Origin: the human T2T-CHM13v2.0 reference genome, Homo sapiens
Assembly: GCF_009914755.1 (NCBI RefSeq)
Contig: NC_060927.1
Direction: 5' to 3' (one strand)
DNA length: 64,000 bases
Part shown: positions 55,548 through 64,000 of the stretch, in pieces
Numbering within the stretch: position 1 is the stretch's first letter
Layout of the letters: every line of letters begins with the position of its first letter
Notes under the pieces: generated by a model
Databases searched by the model: none
What the model was told of the DNA's origin: nothing
The model's input: only the letters and a program-made list of their open reading frames with translations
Translations under genes and position numbers: made by a program

Positions 55548-56622
55548 CATGATGACATGAGTAAAATACAACTCTCCATCTCCCTTTTATATAAAAAGGA
55601 GTGTTGTATTTTACTCATTTCTAAATAATGCACAGAAAAAAGCAGAGAATCCTACCTACTTTTGGTTCTTTCTTCGGACATTCAGTCTTGATCATGAAAA
55701 AAATCTCCAAAAATTAAAGCTTTCATCTTACAGCCTCACTAAAACATTTTCAACGACAGTCCACAATCTAGCTATATGACCTACCACTTGAGGTTTTAGG
55801 AACATAAGGATTCCAAGTAGACGGGCCAAAGCTATAGAATAGACAACATATGATGACAATAACATGAAGGTACTTTCTTAAGGGAATAGGAGACACTTGC
55901 TCACACCCCAACTTCCTGGGTGGTGGGGAGGATATAACTCTTATATGCATGACAGATCTGACAAAAGTACACACAAATCGCTACGTCAGTTGGGAAATAT
56001 CACATATATTTTATTAGTATGCAACTATGTAAAAATTCTAACTTTTTTTTTTTATCAAACTGGAAAATAAAAACAAATGTGGTGAGAGCTAAGTTAGCCA
56101 CCAGTGTTCAAGGTCAAGAAAAATGTGACCTCTTCCAAAATTATGATGTGTTTCGTTACCACAAACAACAGTCCATGTAGAAATATTCCCTTCCCACACA
56201 CGTGCGATTTCACCAAGTCTCTTCAGAGAAGAACACAGTTTAACTAATTTGTCTAAAATTGCAGAGCAAGTAAGTGGCCCAGTCAAGGTTAGGACTCTTG
56301 TGTGCTCACTGCTAGTTCAAAGTTCTTTTACTACACATTCTTTGCCTTCAGCAATTAACTGGGTGATTCCATCAGAATGCTAATCTATGGCATTTTTGAG
56401 TTTCCAAGAAATGATGTCCCACAACTATATTTATGGAATTACATGTCAGTGTAAAACATAGATGATTTAACCAATTCACATGCAACGTCACCGAAGGTTT
56501 CTGTGAATTATCATTGCTGTGCCAGGCTTTCTTCACTCCCTCTTAATACATTTATTCATTGCACATTCTAAGACTATAGGTAATTTACCTCTCTGGTTTC
56601 CCAAAATCTGTTTATGTAAAGG

Positions 56623-57098
56623 TGTATTACTTTCTTGTGTCTGCGATAGCAAATTACTACAAACTGGGTAATTTAAAACAACAGAAATTCACTCTCATAG
56701 TCTGGAGGCAAGATGTCCACCATGAAAGTGTGGGCAGAGCCACACTCTTTTCTATAGGTTCGGAGGGAGAACACTCCTTGCCTCCTCCAGCTGCTAGTGG
56801 CTGCCTGAGCATTCCTGAGTGTTCCTGGGTTGGGAACATAGCACTTCAGTCTCTGCCTCTGTGTTAATATCACCGTCTCCTCTTCTGTCAGTCAAATCTC
56901 ACCTCTGTATCTCTTGTAAGAATACTTGTCATTGGATTTAGGGCCCATTCCAAAGATCCAGGAAGACCTTCTTCATCTCAAGATCCTTAACTTAATTATA
57001 TCAGCAAGGACCCTTATGCTAAATAAGGTAACATTCACAGGTCCAGGATTTAGGATTTGGACAAATCTTTTAGGAGTCTACCATTCAACACCACTACA
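56623..57098 (-). mobile_element. MLT1B/C LTR
   Basis: caaattactacaaactggg...aataaggtaacattcacaggt...ccactaca. Confidence 0.85.
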
Positions 57099-57623
57099 AG
57101 GTGTTTTTCCTAACATAATCCTGTCTTTATTCAACTGTCTCCTTCAGAGTAGAAGAATAATCTCTTTCTCAGTGTGATTACAAATTAATATTTGGAGGAG
57201 GGGGAAGAGGAAGAAGACCAAATTAAAGTAGAATGAATCAAAATACAATTATTTGGTTCTGAGTCCTCAGCTACTTTTTAGTGTGAACTTGTGAAAATGA
57301 CTGAAACAAAAAGAAATGGCTAATCCTGCAGTGTGCTGACTTGGATTTCAAATAGAAATCCTCTTTGATTGCTAAAACGTAAACAAGCTTTGTCTAACCC
57401 TGGGGATAAGTTTGCTTAGAGAAGTCAATGTACAATTTCAAGATGATGCTTTCCATGAATAGTGAATATTTGAGAGGCTTATAAAATCTTTCTATTTCTA
57501 AAGAAGCATGTTCCTCTTACTTTCATGATACGATTCTTAGAACTGACACAAAAGTTGAACCCCCTCTTTGCACAGAAATGTATAAGGGCTTGGAATAACA
57601 TTTTAAATTCTGAATGGGCTACT

Positions 57624-57781
57624 TAAGAGTCATTTCATCTTAGTCAAGCCTCAGTTTGTCATCATCTGTATGATGGATGGAATGTAATAATAAGAATATT
57701 AACCCTAAGAGTCATTTCATCTCAGTCAAGCCTCAGTTTGTCATCATCTGTACAATGGACGGAATGTAATAATAAGAATAT
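57624..57781. repeat. 82-bp-period tandem duplication of MIR-like sequence
   Basis: taagagtcatttcatct...aataagaatat at 57624 and 57706; 4 differences in 76 bp. Confidence 0.95.
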
Positions 57782-57799
57782 GGACAACAATAATGATGA

Positions 57800-58112
<313 letters not shown>

Positions 58113-58443
58113 CAAATCTACTTTTTAGATTTTTTTTAAAACCTAAATTAGATAATCTTTGGTGAATATGTCTTACGTTAACAAAAAAATGCTCACAAAC
58201 TTTTTGTTATTATTATCATTATTATCAATGTAACCTTGAGCCACATATACTAAAATGTTTTTTACCAAAAGGACATTTGGCAAATCATGAAGGTAAAAGC
58301 CATTTGTTCCCATACTAGAACCCCAGCCTTCTAAGTCACTATCTAGAAATCTTTTAGCTACACTTCATCACTATTCATATGCTTAAATGTCTTGAAGCAT
58401 GCATCTAGTATACTTAAATTATATCTTATAATTATTAAGCCTT

Positions 58444-58750
58444 GGCCAGGTGCGGTGGCTCACGCCTGTAATCCCAGCACGTTGGGAGGCCAAGGTGGGC
58501 AGATCACGAAGTCAGAAGTTCAAGACTAGCCTGGCCAACATGGTAAAACCCCGTCTCTACTAAAAATACAAAAAAATTAGGTGGGCACATGGTAGCCCAT
58601 GCCTGTAATCCCAGCAACTCAGGAGGCTGAGGCAGGAGACTCGCTTGAACCCAGGAGTCAGAGGTTGCAGTAAGCCGAGATCGTGCCACTGTCTTCAACC
58701 CTGGGAAACACAGTAGGACTCCATATCCAAAAAAAAAAAAAAAAAAAAAA
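58444..58750 (+). mobile_element. AluS (Sg-like)
   Basis: gatcacgaagtcagaagttcaagac; A-tail; TSD attaagcct. Confidence 0.9.
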
Positions 58751-60360
58751 TCATTAAGCCTCTAATATGTGTAATGCAACAATGAGATATTCAGATAATA
58801 TGAGAAGGGTGTTTTCCACTACACATTTCCAGTCACTCCATAGTAACTGCAAAGTTATTCAATAAAGACCCAATGTATGAACAGGTTTATTATATCTGAA
58901 AGCATTTAATGTAACAGGTCTTGAACAGGGAGAAGCCCTTTAGGAAGAAACCATAAATCAGTAAAGTCAAATGCAATAAGCCAGTAATATGATGAAACTA
59001 AAAGAATAATTGTAAACACATTTAATAAGCAGATTAAACACAAGGAGGAAATTGTTAAAGAATTCTTAATGATTTGTGTTGATGGAATGCCTGAATAACA
59101 AAGTAGACAATTAATCAAAGACAAGTGGATTAATGTTTGTGATTTGTGGCCTAGAGTTAGAGGCCTAGTAAGAAAGAAAGATGGAATGGCCCTGCAAAGT
59201 ACAGAATGGCAGGAAAAAAATGTGTAGAATAAATGTTGTTGTTTTCCTTAAAACAAAAATGTTGATGGGCTATAGACAATCTCTAGGTCAGAATAACTGA
59301 TTACTAGCCACTAAACCAAGGATAATTATTTAAAAGTATCTGGCTGCTAAAACAACTGAATACAAGGCAGGAAAAACCTTACACAATGTCAACAATCGTA
59401 TTGCAAATTTTGGGACATTTATCCTGTCCTCCATTGGGTGCAGGCTTGCATGGACTAAAAACTCTGTCCAGATCCTGGGAAGGAATAGCCATGCTCTGCT
59501 TGACGAATGTTCTTCATGACTTCATTTATTATTTTCTGAATTTCTGTTCCTAAAATAATGCATTATATACCAAAATATGTTGTGTGTCACTGCTCTTGTT
59601 CTGCCGAAATATACTTAAATAAAAATATATAAATTTTGACAGAAATAGTAAAATAATAATAATTTCCACCATTTTCTCAAAAATCAAAGAAAGTCTTTTC
59701 ACATCTCAGAGCAATTTCCCAGCTGAATAGGTAGGCTTTATCTTTTATCTTCTATATATCTCTATCTTTAAAAAAACACAAATAAAAACTTGAAGAAAGT
59801 TAAACTTTACATGAAGAATTATGGTGAAAAAATTTAGATAAAATGGCTTTTAAAATAACCAGTTTAAAAATAAATATTTCAGAATTAAATGGCATAATAC
59901 AAAGGTTATGAGAAAACCATCCCTTTTAATTTGTCACCTTGCAGTCCCCCTTTGATTTTTTTCTTGTTTTTTTCAGATTGATCCTTTTTCTGATAGTATA
60001 CCTTCCCACTGCTGAGCTCTAATTCATTAAAAGAAAAAATGTGGGCCACATTTCTGCAGCAGCCCCTTTCCTTAGATTGTAAATTCTAGGATCAGACTTA
60101 GCTGAGGAAGGGAGGTGAATGCACAGCGGGCAGTGGGAATTGCAAGAGGTGGCTTTGCCTGCCTTGACTTTTTTTTCCATACATCTTTCTGAAAAAGAAG
60201 GTTCTGGATTTTCCTGTTTCCTTTTTATTTTTTAAGTTCATTTTCCTCAAACTCCAATTTCATAGGGATGTAAAATGTGTTTCATATCTGGCTTATTGTT
60301 TCCTCCCAAATAGTAGGAAAGGAAACAACATTTTCAAACATCTCCCATCACCCACCAAGA

Positions 60361-60726
60361 TGTTACAGTTTGAACGTGTCCCCCTAAAAACTTGTGTTGG
60401 AAATTTAATTCTCAATGCAGGAGTGTTGGGAGATGGGGTCTAATGAGAGGCTCCATCCTCATCAACGGATTAAAGTTGTTATCATTGGAGTGGGTTCATT
60501 ACCAAGGGGGTAGGTTTGTTATAAACTAATGAATTTGGCCTCTCTCTCTCTCTTTCTCTCCCTCCCTCATCTTCTCTTTAACCTTTTGCCATGGAATAAA
60601 GGAGCAAGAAGGCCCTCACCAGAAGCCAGCTCTACCATCTTGGACTTCTGAGCCTCCAGAACTGTGAGGAAATAAATTATCCAATCTCAGGTATTTTCTT
60701 ATAGCGACACAAAATGGACTGAGACA
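60361..60726 (+). mobile_element. MSTD/MLT1A-like LTR
   Basis: tgttacagtttgaacgtgtcccc...aaatggactgagaca. Confidence 0.8.
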
Positions 60727-61321
60727 CGGGGAATCATCTTCTATATATTCCCTTCTTTATTCCATTCTAATTCCACCATAAAATACTTTCTTGGACACAG
60801 TTCTGTCCATTGAACACGAGCTTAGGAAAGGTCCAAATTACCTGAGAACTTTGAGAATGTCTAGTTTGTTCTTTTGTTTCAGTGTCAGTCCTACAAACAG
60901 ATGCCCAAAATATTTCATAAACTCCAACTCTTTTTCCAAACAATAATCAAATTAACAATTTTTCTTTTTTGATTTACTGTAGTAGGCTCTGTATCATAGC
61001 TCAAAAGCATACAATAAGGACTATTTCAAATATTATATTATAGTATCCAACTTGTATTGATATATTTTCTATATCCTGGTAGAAGATTTTGCTTTCTCAT
61101 CTCTGCTTCCACGCACTCTGTGAATATACCTACTGTTTCATGAATCAAACGGTATTATCAACGTGTGTTTATATGTCTGCCTCTACCACTAAACTTAAAG
61201 CTTTTTGAAGGCAGAAGGTGGTTTTATTCACCTCTATGTTCTGATGGCCCACACTGCTTCTTAACAAGTCATGAGGCTCACTGGAACCATTTGAATCAGT
61301 AGGCAACACTGGCTGAGAGTA

Positions 61322-61728
61322 TGTGTTAGCTGATTCTTACGTTGCTATAAACAAATACCTGAGGCTGGGTAATCTATAAAGAGAAGAAGTTTAATTGGAT
61401 AATGGTTCTGCAGGCTGTGTATGAAGTACAGTGCTGGCATCTGCTTCTGATGAGGGCTTCAGGAAGTTTATAATCATGGCAGAAGGCAAAGATAGAGTCA
61501 GGGCATCATATGACAAGAGGGGGTTGAGGGAGGTGCCACACATTTTAAACAACCAGATCATGCATGCACTAACTGAGCTAGAACTCACTCATCACCAAGG
61601 GGATGGCACTAAGCCATTCAAGAGGGATCCCCTGTCATGTTTCAAACACCTCCCACCTGACTCCACTTCCAACATGAGATTACATTTCAACATGAGATTT
61701 GGAGGGGACAAACACCCAAACCATATTA
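61322..61728 (-). mobile_element. MSTB LTR
   Basis: aaatacctgaggctgggtaat...gggacaaacacccaaaccata. Confidence 0.85.
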
Positions 61729-62054
61729 GAGTTTGCATGTACAATGTCTTTGTCTTGCTGACTTAAATATTATCCGGTACTACTTAATATTTGTCTAGCA
61801 CCTTAGAAAAACCCCACATATAGCCTACTAAATTTGGGTATAACCATAGTTCTCTGCAACAAGTACAATATTCCAAATATTACAGTATTTGAAAAGACTC
61901 AAATAATGAATTAACATCTCAAGCTCATCATGTTTTTTTGTGGTAGGGCAAAGCTTGATCCTAGATTTTAAAATACAGTTAAAAAATTCTTTTCTCCATA
62001 ATCCATTCTAGTCTAGTAAACAATGAATTCTCTTTAAGAAAAATTCTTAAATTT

Positions 62055-63812
62055 CTTATTTTTTATTGACATATTATATAATTTTACATATCTGAGGAGT
62101 ATATGTGATATTTTGAGATCTGCGTGCAATGTGTAATGATGAAATCAGGGTAATTAGGATATCCATCACCTCAAACATTTATCTTTTTTTCCTGTTCTGT
62201 ACATTACAATTCTTCTCTTCTAGTTATTTTGAAATATACAATAAATTATTGTTAACCATAGTTTCCCTACTATACAATCAAATATTAGAACTTATTTCTT
62301 CTATCTAACAGTATTTTTGAACTCCTTAACTGACTTCTTTTCATTGTCCCTCCCTTTTCCCTTCCCAGCCTCTAGTAACCACCATTCTACTCTCTACCTC
62401 TGTAAGATCCACTTTTTTAGTTTCCACGTATGAGGGAGAACATGCACTATTTGTGCCCAGCTCATTTCACTTAACATAACAACCTCCAGTTCCATCTAGT
62501 TGTTGCTGTCTTAGTCCATTCTCACACTGCTATAAAGAGCAACCTGAGACTGGGTAATTTATGAAGAAAAGAGGTTTAATTGACTCACAGTTCTACAGGC
62601 TTAACAGGAAACATGGCCAGGAGGCCTCAGGAAACTTACAATCATGGCTAAAGGCAAAGGAGAAGCAAGCATGTCTTACCATGGCGGAGCAGGAAAGAGA
62701 GAGGGAAAGAGAAGGGAAGTGCCACACACTTTTAAACCATCAGATCACATGAGAACACACTCACTATCATGAGAACAGTAGGGAGGAAACTGCCCTGGTG
62801 GGAGGTGAGATCTAATCACCTCCAACCAGGCCCCTCCTCCAATTATACGTGAAATTTGGATGGGGACACAAATCCAAACCATATCACTGCAAATGACAAA
62901 ATTTCATTATCTTTTATGGCTGAATAGTATTTCATTTTGTGTGTACACCATATTTTCTGTATCCATTCATCCATTGATAGACACATAGGTTGATTCCATA
63001 TCTTGGCTATTGTGGATAGTGCTACAATAAACGTGGGAGTGCAGGTGTCTCTGGACACACTGATTTTCTCCCTTTTGGAATACATTCCCAAGAGTAGGAT
63101 TGCTGGGTCATATAGTAGTTTTGTTTTTAAGGTTTTTTTTTTTTTGAGGAAACTCCATACCATTTTATGTAATAGCTGTACTAATTTACATTCCTACCAA
63201 CAGTGTACAAGAGTTCCTCTTTTTCTACATCCTTGCCAGCGTTTCTCATTTCCTGTCTTTTTGTGAAAGGCCATTTTAAGTGGGGTGAAATAATATCCCC
63301 TTGTGGTTTTGATTTGCAGTCCCCTGATGGTTAGTGACTCTGAGTATTTTTTCACATATTTGTTGGCCATTTGTATGTCTTTTTTCTTTTTTTGAGAGAT
63401 GTCTATTCAGGCTTTTTGCCCATTAAAAAAATCTGATTATTTGGTTTTTTTGCTACTGAGTTGTTTGAGTTCCTTATATATTCTGGTTATTAATCTCTTG
63501 TCAGATGGATAGTTTGCAAATATTTCCTCCCATTCTACAGGTTGTATCTTTATTTTGTTGTTTCCTTTGCTTGCAGAAGCTCTTTCACCTGATGTAATCT
63601 CATTTGTCTATTTGTGGTTTTGTTACCTATGGTATTGAGGTCTTACTTAAAAAAAAACTTTGCCCAGATCAATGTCCTGTAGTGTTTCCCTACTATATTC
63701 TTTCAGTAGTTTTACATTTTCAGGTTTTATTTTTAGTTTAATCCTTTTTAAGGTGATTTTTGAATATGGTGAGAGACGGAGATTTAGTTTCATTCTTTTG
63801 CATATGGATATT
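62055..63812 (-). mobile_element. L1MA 3' part split by MSTA
   Basis: Minus [17 protein letters not shown]...[19 protein letters not shown]; L1MA 3'UTR. Confidence 0.9.
62507..62886 (-). mobile_element. MSTA LTR
   Basis: tgtcttagtccattctcacactgc...ccaaaccatatca. Confidence 0.9.
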
Positions 63813-64000
63813 CCTTACATTTCCTATATTTTGTTATTATTGTTATTATTACTAAAGTCAGAGTTGTATTTTCTGATAGTTTTATTCTAAACTACCTAAT
63901 TCCTATGCTCTTATATAAGAGCATTCCTTCAGGATTGTGTATTGGTAGAGATGAACAAAGTAAAACATGAGGAAAATGGATAAACATTATACCAGAAAAT

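Overview
AT-rich, CpG-poor primate genomic DNA. It is almost certainly human, because it carries a near-consensus AluYb8. The window looks intergenic or deep intronic and is heavily repeat-derived: Alu, L1, L2, MIR, MaLR/ERVL/ERV1 LTRs and hAT/Tigger/mariner DNA elements. I find no intact protein-coding gene; nearly all listed ORFs are repeat-derived noise. The main non-routine elements are: (1) a disabled, intronless MRPS17 retrocopy (CDS about 25859-26245) that appears to be part of a 3.26-kb TSD-flanked insert splitting an old L1; (2) a two-LTR, pol-deleted MER66-type ERV1 provirus (41089-47017) inserted into an AluJ; (3) a cluster of nested inverted duplications at about 54850-55635; (4) two 5'-inverted L1s, a tiny L1 with a probable 3' transduction, and several local tandem duplications. 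I see no support for a genuinely new biological system. Subfamily names come from recalled consensus sequences and need RepeatMasker/Dfam confirmation.
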